64,000 nucleotides of DNA from Nitrosopumilus sp. (GTDB lineage Archaea > Thermoproteota > Nitrososphaeria > Nitrososphaerales > Nitrosopumilaceae), in NCBI GenBank assembly GCA_965224195.1, contig OZ245040.1, positions 288,001 through 352,000 on the forward strand, given 5' to 3'. The translations under genes and the position numbers were made by a program. The notes below the pieces were generated by a model. That model did not search any database and was not told the origin of the DNA. It saw nothing but the letters and a program-made list of their open reading frames with translations. Shown one piece after another: positions 19,399-30,551 of the stretch. How positions within the stretch are numbered: the first letter of the stretch is position 1; each line of letters starts with the position of its first letter.

Positions 19399-20478
19399 TC
19401 ATAGAGATCCAGGTTTGATTAAGATTTTTCCAAAAAGACCTTTACCTTTGAGCATTTTTGTATGAGCATCAGCAGCTTCTTCTAATGAATATACAGAATC
19501 AATAACAGACTTGATTTTGCCTTGTGACATCCAATACAGACCTTGTTCTAATTCGGTTCTAGTTCCTTGAGTGGAACCCAAAATATTGATGCCTTTAAAG
19601 AAAATATGACGTAAATCAGTCTTAGCATCATATCCTGTTGTGGCACCGGTTGTTACAATAGTTCCTCCGTAATTTAGTAAAGTAAGTTCTTTGTTCCAAT
19701 GAGAACCACCAATGTGTTCAAAAATAACATCAACCCCAGTTACATCTCCCAAAGGTTTGGGAATTTTTTTGGCAATTGATCTTACTTCTTTATGCCAATC
19801 TTCTTTTCTATGATCTACAGCATAATCAGCACCAAGTTCCAATAATTTATCTAATTTATCAGGACTGGCAGTAGCAATTACAGTACATCCAAAAAGTTTT
19901 GCAATTTGTATTCCATAATTTCCAACACCAGAACTACCTCCCATTATCAAGACAACTTGTCCTGGTTGAATTTTTGCTCTACCAATTAACATATGCCATG
20001 AAGTTAACAAAGTCATTGATGCAGCAGCTGCTTCATCATATGAAACACCTTCCGGGATTTTTATAACATTAATTTCTGGAAGATGTGTAAATTCACAATA
20101 ACCACCCCAAAGAGGACCGGTTTCAAAACCCCAAATAGTTCGTTTTCTACAATCAAATTCTCTCCCAGCAGTACACGCTTTACAAACTCTACATGACATA
20201 TTTCCATGTGATACAACCCTATCACCAACTTTGATAGTTTTAACATCGCTACCAATAGCTGTTACCTCACCGGCAGCATCAGTTCCAGAAATATGTGGTA
20301 ATGGAATTGCTAATGGTTTACCTCTCATTCCCCATATATCATCATAATTAAGAGCAGCTGTTTCTACTTTGATTATAACTTCATTAGATTTTGGTTCAGG
20401 TATAGGAATGTCTTTAATTCGTAAGATTTTAGAAAAATCATCATCATCAGTATATTGATCATATACTAGGGCTTTCAT
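19399..20478 (-). CDS. Zn-binding MDR family oxidoreductase
   Basis: PHISGTD, a structural CxxCxxCx7C site and GGSSGVG. Confidence 0.9.
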   Translation of the reverse strand: MKALVYDQYTDDDDFSKILRIKDIPIPEPKSNEVIIKVETAALNYDDIWGMRGKPLAIPLPHISGTDAAGEVTAIGSDVKTIKVGDRVVSHGNMSCRVCKACTAGREFDCRKRTIWGFETGPLWGGYCEFTHLPEINVIKIPEGVSYDEAAAASMTLLTSWHMLIGRAKIQPGQVVLIMGGSSGVGNYGIQIAKLFGCTVIATASPDKLDKLLELGADYAVDHRKEDWHKEVRSIAKKIPKPLGDVTGVDVIFEHIGGSHWNKELTLLNYGGTIVTTGATTGYDAKTDLRHIFFKGINILGSTQGTRTELEQGLYWMSQGKIKSVIDSVYSLEEAADAHTKMLKGKGLFGKILIKPGSL

Positions 20479-20565
20479 GATTTTTATCTAATTTTTGAAG
20501 ATATATGATTTATCCAGATCCATCAAATCACAAACAATTATAATCATAAATACAAAATTCTCTAT

Positions 20566-21117
20566 ATGTCTGAAAATGCAATATTTCCAGGTGACAAAAT
20601 AGCATCTATTGAAGAATATGAGGCAGGAAATAACGCTTTTGATGACGGTGACATGGTTAGAGCAGCAACAATTGGAGAAAAATGCATTGACAAGGAATCA
20701 CGAACTGTAAATGTAAAACATCCAAAACTTCTATCAATTCCAAAAGTAGGAGACATCATTATTGGGACAGTAGCTGCAGTTATGTCATCAATGATTGCAG
20801 TTTCAATTGATTACATTAATGGTAAACCTACAACATCAAAAGTAGAATGTATTTGTGGAACACGAAATTTAAGAATAAGAAATGTTGCGTTAGTAAATGA
20901 TATAGTTACGCTAAAAATCCTTAATCATCTTAATGGTACTATTCATGCATCTATTAGTGAACCCAATTTAGGGATTTTATTTACAAAATGTAGAAAATGT
21001 GGCGGTAAAGTTATTCCAATGCGTGATGCAATAAAATGTACAGATTGTGCATGGATTGATGAAAGAAAACTTTCTGCAAACTTTGGAAATAGTGACTTCG
21101 TAAATTTAAGAGATTAA
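20566..21117 (+). CDS. csl4: Exosome RNA-binding protein Csl4
   Basis: PGD...EEY start, an S1 domain, LGIL and a C-terminal CxxC...CxxC-ERKLS. Confidence 0.92.
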   Translation: MSENAIFPGDKIASIEEYEAGNNAFDDGDMVRAATIGEKCIDKESRTVNVKHPKLLSIPKVGDIIIGTVAAVMSSMIAVSIDYINGKPTTSKVECICGTRNLRIRNVALVNDIVTLKILNHLNGTIHASISEPNLGILFTKCRKCGGKVIPMRDAIKCTDCAWIDERKLSANFGNSDFVNLRD

Positions 21118-21120
21118 AAA

Positions 21121-21936
21121 ATGATTTATGTTTCGTTCCAAGGCGAACGAGGTGCTTATAGTGAAGCAGCAGCAAAATCATTTTTCAATGAACAAATTGA
21201 AACAGTACCTCAAACTACATTTGCAGAAATATTAGATAATACTTCAAATGATAAAACACAATATTCAGTTTTACCAGTGGAGAATTCTTTGGAAGGAAGT
21301 GTTGGTGAAAGTTATGATTTATTGTATTCAACATCTCTAAATGCAACAGGTGAAATCTATCATAGAATAGAACACTGCTTAATTGGAACTGGTGAAATTA
21401 ACGAAATAGATACAGTGTATTCACACCCTCAAGCTTTAGGTCAATGTAGAAAATTTATCGAAGAACACAACATGAAAACAATTCCAGCGTATGATACTGC
21501 TGGAAGTGTAAAGATGATAAAAGAATTAAACAAAGATAATTGTGCATGTATTGCAAGTAAAGAGGCTGCAAAAATATACAACATGCCTATAATTTTAGAT
21601 AATATTGCAAATAATCTCAATAACTATACAAGATTTTTGATTCTATCAAAAGAGAATAATTCTGAAACGGAGAATGATAAAACATCAATAATTTTTTCAA
21701 TAAAACATGAACCTGGTTCTTTATTTAGAATAATAGAGAATTTTCATAAAAATAACGTTAATCTAACTAAGATAGAATCTAGACCAACTAAAGCAAATAC
21801 TTGGGAATATAATTTCTACGTAGATTTTGAAGGGCATCAAAGTAATTCTAAAATTTTAGAAATGCTAGATATAATAAAACAAGATACATTATTTATGAAA
21901 ATTTTAGGATCTTATCCTTCTGCAAAATTAAACTAG
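21121..21936 (+). CDS. pheA: Prephenate dehydratase
   Basis: GAYSE, PVENSLEG, SHPQALGQC, TRF and IESRP motifs. Confidence 0.96.
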   Translation: MIYVSFQGERGAYSEAAAKSFFNEQIETVPQTTFAEILDNTSNDKTQYSVLPVENSLEGSVGESYDLLYSTSLNATGEIYHRIEHCLIGTGEINEIDTVYSHPQALGQCRKFIEEHNMKTIPAYDTAGSVKMIKELNKDNCACIASKEAAKIYNMPIILDNIANNLNNYTRFLILSKENNSETENDKTSIIFSIKHEPGSLFRIIENFHKNNVNLTKIESRPTKANTWEYNFYVDFEGHQSNSKILEMLDIIKQDTLFMKILGSYPSAKLN

Positions 21937-22400
21937 AAACCTTTAGGTTTTCTTAAAGTAAAACCCATACTAAATCCAATAATTACCACCCCAGAGGTTA
22001 TCACCATAAGATCAAAGGTAAACCAAATAGGATCAGAAGTTCTAATTAATTCTCCAGTTATAAATAATTCAGAATTGCCTGTATTTTGAATTAAGATTTT
22101 TGTTTCACCATCTATAAGATGAACCCATTCTAAGGACAATTCGTTTTTGTATGAAGTATTTGGAATTTGTAATCCATCTCCAGGACTTGCAAGCTTAAGA
22201 TCAAAAGCATCGCCAACAATATCCATTCTTTGAGATGCATGAGCAGTAGCAGGAATTGTATATGGTATTGTATCTCCAACTCCTAATTCATAGTCTTCAT
22301 GAATTGTAATTGGGCCAATATGAGTAAACAAAGAATATCCACCTATAGCAATTATTGCACTTCCAACTATAAGACCAATAATAGTTCTTTTAGAAAGCAT
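21933..22400 (-). CDS. Conserved hypothetical membrane protein
   Basis: N- and C-terminal TM helices around a soluble beta-rich domain. Confidence 0.75.
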   Translation of the reverse strand: MLSKRTIIGLIVGSAIIAIGGYSLFTHIGPITIHEDYELGVGDTIPYTIPATAHASQRMDIVGDAFDLKLASPGDGLQIPNTSYKNELSLEWVHLIDGETKILIQNTGNSELFITGELIRTSDPIWFTFDLMVITSGVVIIGFSMGFTLRKPKGF

Positions 22401-22543
22401 GATGAAATTATTTTAGATACTGTTTAAAAAATTACCGGCTACATAGTAAGACTATTTCATGAATTAACTGAAAAAATTCAATATCTGAAAATATTGAAGA
22501 AAATATTAAAGTAATTATATTTTATTTTCATGATTCAAAAAAA

Positions 22544-23920
22544 CTATTGAGAATAGAAATGATTCCAACAATAAAATAATCCTCGTTTATAAATACTGCC
22601 TACACGATCATAAATTAAATGACATCCAAGATCAGCATTACTCCAATGTGCTTTTTTTGGTCCATTCAATAACCATTTTAACAATCTACCATCCAATGAA
22701 ATAGTCATATATTGTTCATAATTTGCTATGTCACTTTGAGATATTTTTTGAAATCCTTGACCATTACAACTTATAGCAATAATCAAATTATTATTATTCA
22801 TATCAACAATTTTTAAAATTATAACAGAATTTGAAACCCAATTAATCTTCTTTCGAATTTTTTCAAAATTTTCATATGATTTTGGAATTAAATCCAATAT
22901 TTCTGAAGCAGAAGGGATAGATTCATGTTCATAAGGAAATTTTTTCTTAGAAAGAATGTCATCAACATATTTTTGTTTTTTATTTTTATCAATGGAAACA
23001 TAATTTTTATTAATTTTTCCAGTATCAATATCAAACCAACAATTATTATTCATAATGATTCCTTTATTTTTATCAGATTGAATATTAGAACATAACCACT
23101 GAAATGCATCTTCCAATTCGGGTTCTCCACGGTATGAATTGAGAATTGAATTTTTACCACATAGTGTATAACGACCTGCAAATGGGATATAGTAACTTGG
23201 TTGTAATAATTCAATATATTTTTTTGATGTTTCAAGTTTAGCAAGTTGTTTTTTTATAGATTCTTGTTTTTTTATATCATCAGATAAATTGTAACAGTGG
23301 GGCCAAGACGAAGCTGCAACATAACCAACAAGTAAAACATCAATTTTACCATATACTAATTTAATTAGAGATGCAGTATTTTTTGCAATATCAAATGGAC
23401 AATCATTCGTGTTTACAATTACTTGTTTTTCATTATCAAATACAGCCATAGTATCAATTTGAGTCGTTTTGAATTTATCTTCGGCTAAACCACAACCCAT
23501 AATTTGACCACAGATAGTAGGATCACAATTATCTGCAGCCATTATGTTAACATAAAAGTGATTTTTTAACTGTAATCTTATTCCATGTTCCAATTCAATT
23601 GTTTTAAAACCAAAACTTTCAATTTTATTTTTAAGGAATTTTTCAGGGAAGTTATGTATCAATACAGGAATATTTTTATTTAGTTTAGAAAGAGTTTTTG
23701 CAGAACAGTGATCAGGATGAATGTGACTTACATAAATAAAATCAACATCATCAAAATTATTGGGATTGAAATCATATGGCGGATATATTGCCCAAGAACC
23801 TAGATATTCTTCACCATCAAGCCAAGGATCACATAAAATTTTAATTTTAGAATCTCCAATGCTATCTTCAATCGTAATAGATGCAGAATTAAGTTGAGTG
23901 ATTTTCATACAAATGTACAA
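22544..23920 (-). CDS. MBL-fold metallo-protein, CMP-Neu5Ac hydroxylase/UlaG-like (no Rieske domain)
   Basis: ILCDPW, GSW, SHIHPDH, NTND and IPFAG motifs. Confidence 0.75.
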   Translation of the reverse strand: MYICMKITQLNSASITIEDSIGDSKIKILCDPWLDGEEYLGSWAIYPPYDFNPNNFDDVDFIYVSHIHPDHCSAKTLSKLNKNIPVLIHNFPEKFLKNKIESFGFKTIELEHGIRLQLKNHFYVNIMAADNCDPTICGQIMGCGLAEDKFKTTQIDTMAVFDNEKQVIVNTNDCPFDIAKNTASLIKLVYGKIDVLLVGYVAASSWPHCYNLSDDIKKQESIKKQLAKLETSKKYIELLQPSYYIPFAGRYTLCGKNSILNSYRGEPELEDAFQWLCSNIQSDKNKGIIMNNNCWFDIDTGKINKNYVSIDKNKKQKYVDDILSKKKFPYEHESIPSASEILDLIPKSYENFEKIRKKINWVSNSVIILKIVDMNNNNLIIAISCNGQGFQKISQSDIANYEQYMTISLDGRLLKWLLNGPKKAHWSNADLGCHLIYDRVGSIYKRGLFYCWNHFYSQ

Positions 23921-23978
23921 AAAACAGAGTATCTATTAAAATTCTTCATTGTATAATTAAATTTTAAACTCTAAACAT

Positions 23979-25409
23979 CTACATTAAAGAAACATCATGA
24001 GGTTGACTTTCGGCAAACCCTGCTCTTGACATTTTAATAAATTCAGCATTTTCTTGCATTTGTGGAATTGTGTGAGCACCACAATAACTCAAACCAGAAC
24101 GTACACCGCCTGTTATTTGTTTTAAAATATCAGTTACGGTTCCTTTGTATGGAACCATTGCTTCAACACCTTCTGCAACATAGTCATTAAGATCATCATC
24201 AAGAGACATTGAACCTGTTTCTTTAGATTTTCTTCCTATAGATGCAGCTAGTGATGCCATACCACGATAAACTTTGAATCGTTTTCCATTTTTAGTTAAA
24301 ACTGTACCAGGTGATTCATCAGTTCCACCAAGCATACTACCAACCATTACTGTTGAAGCGCCAGAAGCTAATGCTTTAGTTGCATCACCTGAAGTTCTAG
24401 TTCCACCATCAGAAATTATTGGAATTCCATAATCCTTACCAATTTTGGCACAATCCATTACTGCAGTTAGTTGTGGAACCCCAGAACCTGTAATTACTCT
24501 AGTAATACAAATTGAACCAGAACCTACACCTACCTTTACAGCATCTACACCTGCTTTAATCAAATCTTCAGCTCCTTGAGCGGTTGCAATGTTTCCTGCA
24601 ATTAATTCACAGTTTAGAAATGCTTTTTTGATGTTACGAACTGTACTGATTGCATTTTCACTATGTCCATGAGCAATATCTACAACAAGTACATCTGCAC
24701 CTGCTTCCAAAAGAGATTCACTTCTTTCTAAAAAGTCACCTTTAACTCCAACTGCGGCACCAACTAGTGGTCTACCTTTCTTATCTTTAGATGCATTTGG
24801 AAAATCAGCATTATTTATGATATCTTTACTTGTAATCAAACCTTTGATAAGACCAGAATCATCAACAATAGGTAATTTTTCAATTCTATGTTTGTGCAAA
24901 ATTTCTTTAGATTCATCTAATGTAACTCCAAGTTTTGCAGTTACAACATCTTTTGTCATCACATCTTGAATTTTACTAGTTTTATTTGCAAATAATAAAT
25001 CCCTTTCAGTCACTATTCCAATTAATTTTGAAGTAGAATCAACAACTAATAGACCTGAAATGTCTTTATCTTGTGCATAATCTAAAGCATCTTCAATGGA
25101 TTTATCTGCAGTAATTGAGTATGGGTTTTCAATCATTACACTGCCTGATCTTTTAACTTTGAGAACTTCGTTTGCTTGTTCCTTAATAGTCAAAAATCTA
25201 TGAATTATTCCAATTCCTCCAGCCCGAGCCATAGCACCAGCCATTGAGGATTCAGTTACAGTATCCATATTTGCACTCACAAAAGGAATGTTAATTGTAA
25301 TATTTTGTGATAATTTTGTAGACAGATCTGTCTGACTTCTACTTGTAATATCAGAATATTTGGGTACAAGAAGAACGTCGTCAAATGTTAATCCTTCTTT
25401 GAATTCCAA
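23979..25409 (-). CDS. guaB: IMP dehydrogenase
   Basis: TFDDVLL, MDTVTE, a CBS pair, GSICITR and YRGMAS. Confidence 0.97.
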   Translation of the reverse strand: MEFKEGLTFDDVLLVPKYSDITSRSQTDLSTKLSQNITINIPFVSANMDTVTESSMAGAMARAGGIGIIHRFLTIKEQANEVLKVKRSGSVMIENPYSITADKSIEDALDYAQDKDISGLLVVDSTSKLIGIVTERDLLFANKTSKIQDVMTKDVVTAKLGVTLDESKEILHKHRIEKLPIVDDSGLIKGLITSKDIINNADFPNASKDKKGRPLVGAAVGVKGDFLERSESLLEAGADVLVVDIAHGHSENAISTVRNIKKAFLNCELIAGNIATAQGAEDLIKAGVDAVKVGVGSGSICITRVITGSGVPQLTAVMDCAKIGKDYGIPIISDGGTRTSGDATKALASGASTVMVGSMLGGTDESPGTVLTKNGKRFKVYRGMASLAASIGRKSKETGSMSLDDDLNDYVAEGVEAMVPYKGTVTDILKQITGGVRSGLSYCGAHTIPQMQENAEFIKMSRAGFAESQPHDVSLM

Positions 25410-25454
25410 TGAAACCTTGTTAAGAAAGTAAAATATTGATTATAAGCCTTTGTG

Positions 25455-26318
25455 TTATTTTGATAATTTAGAAGCGATCGTTACTGCATCTTTAGTTACC
25501 TCTACATTATGAGTACGAATAATATCAGCACCATTCATTACAGACACTACTTCTGCAGAAATCGAGCCAAATAATCGATCATTTGGATTTTCTTTTCCCA
25601 AAATTTTCCCTATGAATGATTTGTTTGAAACAGAGATCAGAATGGAATAATTTTTCTTAATAGAATTTAGATTTTTTAATATACATAGATCTCGTTCTAA
25701 CCAATCTGATTTAATTTTTGTAAAAAATGGTCCCTTTCCTGTTTTTCTAAAAAACCCAATAGCAGGATCTAATACAATTTTTTCAGAAGAAATGTATGAT
25801 TTTTTTGCAATCTTTATGCTATCTTGAAGTAATTTTTTAGTTGCCGTTATAGTATTACCAGAAATAGGTTTTGGACTATATGCACATAAAATTAAAGATG
25901 GATTGTATTCAGAAATAACCTCTTTCATATTTTTATCATATTTTAATCCAGAAATATCATTAATAATGTCAACACCATATTCTAAAGCATCTTTTGCAAC
26001 TTTTGCTCTACAAGTATCTACAGATATTGGAAGATTTGTAGAATTTTGAATTATATTAATTGCATTTTGAATTCTTTTTGATTCTATTTTTTCTGAAACT
26101 GATGTAGACAGATATGGTGCAGTAGACATTCCTCCAACATCAATAAAATCAGCACCTTGATCTTCCATTAGTTTAGCAGTATCTTTTATCAGAGATTTAC
26201 TAGTATTAACAGACTTTTTGTAAAATGATTCAGGACTAGTGTTCAGAATTCCCATTATTCGCACCGGATTCTTTCCACCTACATCTACATTCCCAATTTT
26301 TGTCACATGGTTTATCAA
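25455..26318 (-). CDS. folP: Dihydropteroate synthase
   Basis: MGILNTSPESF, SVDT, INDISG, DPAIGF, SNKSF and RTHNV motifs. Confidence 0.93.
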   Translation of the reverse strand: MINHVTKIGNVDVGGKNPVRIMGILNTSPESFYKKSVNTSKSLIKDTAKLMEDQGADFIDVGGMSTAPYLSTSVSEKIESKRIQNAINIIQNSTNLPISVDTCRAKVAKDALEYGVDIINDISGLKYDKNMKEVISEYNPSLILCAYSPKPISGNTITATKKLLQDSIKIAKKSYISSEKIVLDPAIGFFRKTGKGPFFTKIKSDWLERDLCILKNLNSIKKNYSILISVSNKSFIGKILGKENPNDRLFGSISAEVVSVMNGADIIRTHNVEVTKDAVTIASKLSK

Positions 26319-26330
26319 ATCTAATACAAT

Positions 26331-27077
26331 TTGAGTGATATGATGATTTTAGGTTGGAAAAAGAGATACTATGAGATTTTAAAAGAGTTCAAGTATAGTC
26401 AAAAAAAGGACAAAGAATCATCCATTGTTTTAAATTCAATTTTAAAAAAAACTAATGTTAACAAAAAAATCATTGATTTAATCAAAGGGAAAACAGTTTT
26501 GATAATTGGTTCTGGACCATCTTTAGCATCAGCCATTCCAAAGTTAAAAAATTATAAAAAAATAGTCAAAATTGCTGCAGACAGTTCAATAAAACTACTA
26601 GTAACAAATGAGATCATACCAGACATCATTGTGACAGATTTAGATGGAGATCTAAAAATGCTTGAAAAAATTGGAAAAACTAACTCAATCTTTGTTGTAC
26701 ATGCACATGGGGATAACATTGAAAAATTAGATTTTGTAAAAAAATTTAAAAATTGTATTGGAACAACCCAATCTACACCTTTTGATAAAATAGAAAACTA
26801 CGGAGGTTTTACAGATGGAGATAGAGGAGTTTTTCTAGCAAATCATTTTCAAGCAAAAAAAATTATTTTGATGGGAATGGATTTTGGAGATCGAATTGGA
26901 AAATATTCAGAAACTAGAAGATCAGATAGAAAAATAAAATTGATGAAATTAAAAAGAGGTGAATCTCTTTTGAAATGGCTATCATCCTTTACAAAGGCAG
27001 AATTGTTTACCACGTCAAAGTCAATTGCAGGGTTTAAAAAAATATCATACAAAGAACTGGATATTATAATTACCTAG
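26331..27077 (+). CDS. mptE: 6-hydroxymethyl-7,8-dihydropterin pyrophosphokinase (MptE-like)
   Basis: VTDLDG, VHAHGDN and GGFTDGDR motifs, divergent from folP. Confidence 0.9.
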   Translation: MSDMMILGWKKRYYEILKEFKYSQKKDKESSIVLNSILKKTNVNKKIIDLIKGKTVLIIGSGPSLASAIPKLKNYKKIVKIAADSSIKLLVTNEIIPDIIVTDLDGDLKMLEKIGKTNSIFVVHAHGDNIEKLDFVKKFKNCIGTTQSTPFDKIENYGGFTDGDRGVFLANHFQAKKIILMGMDFGDRIGKYSETRRSDRKIKLMKLKRGESLLKWLSSFTKAELFTTSKSIAGFKKISYKELDIIIT

Positions 27078-27112
27078 AATGCATTTAATACCCATTCCTC
27101 ATTAATCAAATT

Positions 27113-27682
27113 ATGAAATTCTCAGAGGAGCAAATAAAAGAAATTGTTGCTTTGAAAGAAAGTTTGATCGAACAAATTGACAAACATCAGGAAGGAATAG
27201 AGATGTTAGAAAAAAATATCACAGTTTTAGACTTGTTTCTAAAAGACTCTAGTTTTATCAAGGCATCTCAATTAGAAATAAAAAAAGAAGTTGAACCAAA
27301 ACCTAAGATTGTAGAAAAACCAATAGAAAATTCAATTCCAATTAAAAGAGTCAATGATGGCAAGATTATTGCCAACGCTTTTGTCACACCAGATCAGATC
27401 TCCATAGTTTTAGATAATGAAATTATAATTAATGCAGATACTCCACCGTTTAAATCATTCTTTTTAGATAGAATAATTGGTGAAATGAAAAAGAAAGATG
27501 TTGCTGAAGCAGAAAATGGAAAAATCCAAAAAGAATCAGTGATAGATTATATTGTAAATAAAAATGGGGCAGACATTAGAGAAATTATAATTAAAAATTA
27601 TAGACAAAAAGAAAGAGTTAATGAATTAATTAACACAGCAGGCTGGTCATTAACTAGAATGCTTGAGAACATAAACAAGTGA
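27113..27682 (+). CDS. Conserved hypothetical protein (coiled-coil N-terminus)
   Basis: 189-aa ORF with normal codon usage, directly upstream of guaA. Confidence 0.75.
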   Translation: MKFSEEQIKEIVALKESLIEQIDKHQEGIEMLEKNITVLDLFLKDSSFIKASQLEIKKEVEPKPKIVEKPIENSIPIKRVNDGKIIANAFVTPDQISIVLDNEIIINADTPPFKSFFLDRIIGEMKKKDVAEAENGKIQKESVIDYIVNKNGADIREIIIKNYRQKERVNELINTAGWSLTRMLENINK

Positions 27683-27686
27683 TAGT

Positions 27687-29210
27687 ATGGATAAAATTGT
27701 AGTTTTAGATTTTGGTTCTCAGTATAGCCATTTGATTTGTAGAAGAATTAGAGAATTTTCAGTTTATGCAGAACTTGTTCCATATGATATTAGTTATGAA
27801 GAATTACAAAAACTAAATCCTACAGGAATAATTTTTTCTGGTGGTCCATCAAGTGTGTATAGTTTAGATGCTCCAATGCCAGAAAATAAAATTTTTGATA
27901 TGAATTTGCCACTACTTGGAATTTGTTATGGACATCAATTGATTGTAAATAAATTTGGAGGAAAAGTAAAAAGAGCAAACAAAGAATACGGTTCATCATT
28001 ACTAACAATTGATAGTGATAAAGATCTTCTAAACGGAGTTGGGGAATCGGTAAGAGCATGGATGAGTCATGGTGATGAAGCAGAGCAAATTCCTGAAGGC
28101 TTCAAAGTAATTGGGCATACTGAAGGTGCAAAAGCAGCTGCAATTGCATTTGAAGAAAAATCAATTTATGGTATTCAATTTCATCCAGAAGTAGTACATA
28201 CTGAGCAAGGTACAGAGATTTTAAAAAATTTTGTTTTGAAGGTTTGTGATGCAAAACAAGACTGGACCATGGAGGGTTTTATCGATACAGCAGTTGAAAA
28301 AATTTCAAAAATTGAAGGAAATGTACTATGTGGGGTAAGTGGTGGAATAGACTCCACAGTAGTGGCACTGCTAATTCACAAAGCAATTGGAGATAAGCTA
28401 AAATGTGTTTTTGTAAATAATGGCTTGTTACGAGTAAATGAAGAAAAAGAAGTTGAGGAAATGTTTAAAGATAATTTCAAAGTAAATTTCACATCAGTAA
28501 ATGCAGCAGAAATATTTCTTGAAAAATTAAAGGGAACAGAAGATCCCGAGAAAAAAAGAAAAATTGTTGGAGAAGAATTTGTTAGAGTTTTTACAGAATT
28601 TGCTGAAGGGAATGGACCTTTCAAATGGTTAGCTCAAGGTACATTATATCCAGATGTAATTGAGAGTGGGGTATCAAAAGGACCGGCAGCAGTAATCAAA
28701 TCTCATCATAATGTAGGAGGTCTACCTGATTGGCTGAATTTAGAAATTTTAGAACCGTTAAGAGAATTGTATAAAGACGAAGTAAGAAAAATTGCTAAAA
28801 TTCTTGAAGTTCCTGAAAAACTTTTCATGAGACATCCATTCCCAGGTCCCGGACTATCAGTTAGAATAATCGGAGAAGTAACTCCAACAAAGCTTGAGAT
28901 TTGTAAAGTTGCAAGTAAGATTGTAGAAGAAGAGTTGATGGATGCAGGATTGTATGAAAAAGTATGGCAAGCATATGCAGCAGTTGGCGATGATAGAGCA
29001 GTGGGAGTTGTTGGTGATGAACGCAGATATGGAAATATAGTCATGATCAGAGTTGTAGATTCAGTTGATGCAATGACTGCAGATTGGACAAGATTACCAC
29101 ATGGATTATTAGAAAAGATGAGTAATAGAATAACTAACGAAATTGAAGATGTAACTTGGGTCACCTATACCATTTCAAGTAAACCACCAGCAACCATTGA
29201 ACCTCAATAG
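27687..29210 (+). CDS. guaA: GMP synthase (glutamine-hydrolysing)
   Basis: DFGSQY, GICYG, FHPEV, SGGIDS, IKSHHNVGG and HPFPGPG motifs. Confidence 0.98.
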   Translation: MDKIVVLDFGSQYSHLICRRIREFSVYAELVPYDISYEELQKLNPTGIIFSGGPSSVYSLDAPMPENKIFDMNLPLLGICYGHQLIVNKFGGKVKRANKEYGSSLLTIDSDKDLLNGVGESVRAWMSHGDEAEQIPEGFKVIGHTEGAKAAAIAFEEKSIYGIQFHPEVVHTEQGTEILKNFVLKVCDAKQDWTMEGFIDTAVEKISKIEGNVLCGVSGGIDSTVVALLIHKAIGDKLKCVFVNNGLLRVNEEKEVEEMFKDNFKVNFTSVNAAEIFLEKLKGTEDPEKKRKIVGEEFVRVFTEFAEGNGPFKWLAQGTLYPDVIESGVSKGPAAVIKSHHNVGGLPDWLNLEILEPLRELYKDEVRKIAKILEVPEKLFMRHPFPGPGLSVRIIGEVTPTKLEICKVASKIVEEELMDAGLYEKVWQAYAAVGDDRAVGVVGDERRYGNIVMIRVVDSVDAMTADWTRLPHGLLEKMSNRITNEIEDVTWVTYTISSKPPATIEPQ

Positions 29211-29218
29211 TGATTGTA

Positions 29219-29575
29219 ATGTAATATGAAAAAATCTGTGATGAAATTTTAGAATGTGATAACGATATTCGATATGTTGGAGTATATGATTATGGAGATC
29301 TTTATGATAAAATGAAACCTGGACTAAAAAGTCATTTATCAAGGGAAGAAACTGAAATGTCATTATCTCAAGCAGTGTATCGTTGGTCTACACGTAAGAA
29401 AACTGCAGATAAAATTGGAAAACCAATTTATGCACTAGCAAAATATGAAAAAATTTATCGGGTGACAATTCCAATTGGTAGTGCAGGATTAATTTTGATT
29501 AGTATTGAATTAAATGCAGATGTAAATATGATTGTAGAAAAATTTTTAACAATTAAAAACAAATATTCTTCCTAA
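29219..29575 (+). pseudogene. Thaumarchaeal DUF6659-like (roadblock/profilin-like) gene with nonsense codon at codon 2
   Basis: ATG TAA TAT GAA AAA ATC TGT... reads M*YEKICDEILECDNDIRYVGV..., in frame with ORF 29312-29575. Confidence 0.75.
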
Positions 29576-29578
29576 TTT

Positions 29579-29848
29579 GTGATTGATATGGATTTTCATG
29601 TTTTTGACTCATATGTAAAAGCAAAAGATGGACATACAATGCATTTTGATGTTGTTACAGATACAAGTAATTTAGAAAAGGCAATTTCCTATGCAAAAGA
29701 TTGGCTAAAATCTATCGGTGAAGAATCATCAACAATTACTGCAAATGAATGTAAATTTTGTCATACTCAATCAGTACCAGAAGATATGGAGATTGAAATA
29801 ATGATTATTGGATATTCTATTTCAAAGATGGAAGGATGTCCGAATTAA
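29579..29848 (+). CDS. DUF2024 family protein
   Basis: HVFDSYV, MHFDV, ECKFCH and C-terminal EGC. Confidence 0.85.
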   Translation: MIDMDFHVFDSYVKAKDGHTMHFDVVTDTSNLEKAISYAKDWLKSIGEESSTITANECKFCHTQSVPEDMEIEIMIIGYSISKMEGCPN

Positions 29849-30468
29849 TCTACATCAAGAATTTCTTCTGAAATTAAATATTCTATTGCAGATAACAGAT
29901 CATTTTCTGAAATTGTTTCGTCTGCATACCATATAAATATGTCATGTACCCATGCAGGGATTTTAGATTGTTCTAAAGTTTCAGTTTCTAATGATTCAAC
30001 TTCAGTTTCTTCAGATGGTTCTAATTCCTCAATATCCTGAGTAACAATTACAGGTTTACTAGATTGAATTAAAGAAAATGTTGAAACTGCTTCAGATGGA
30101 CCAGACACAAAATAAATTCTCATTACATAATCACCAACAATGTTTGTTTCAACATCACCAGGTTCTAGATAATGTAAAATCTGAACTTCAAACAAGTTAT
30201 CCTCTATAACTTTAGGAAAAATTTCAGTAGTTTTAATAATTTCTCCATCACTTAATCTAGATATTTCCATAAAGTGTTAACCGTGTTGTGGATCATAATT
30301 TTGAATTTGGATGTGTGCTCGAATCATTTGTGGATTTTTATCAAGATCAATAGTATCTCCTGTAGTGAATTCTATAGTAATAACAGGTAGTTCTTCTAAT
30401 CCATAAATAGAATTTACTTGAAATAGCATAACAATTGAGAAAAGTCCAAGTATTATTTTTGAAATCAA
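29845..30468 (-). pseudogene. Secreted protein with C-terminal thaumarchaeal IPxW anchor-like motif, split by in-frame TAA (30277-30279)
   Basis: ORFs 30277-30468 and 29845-30270 share a frame (...PQHG*HFMEIS...). Signal peptide at the start, IPAWVHDIFIWYADETISENDLLSAIEYLI at the end. Confidence 0.8.
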
Positions 30469-30551
30469 TTTTTATCTGAAATTAATTAAATTAGATTGGT
30501 TATATCTTTACTAGACGATTTTTTTGACAAATAAATTCCATTTTGGAAATA

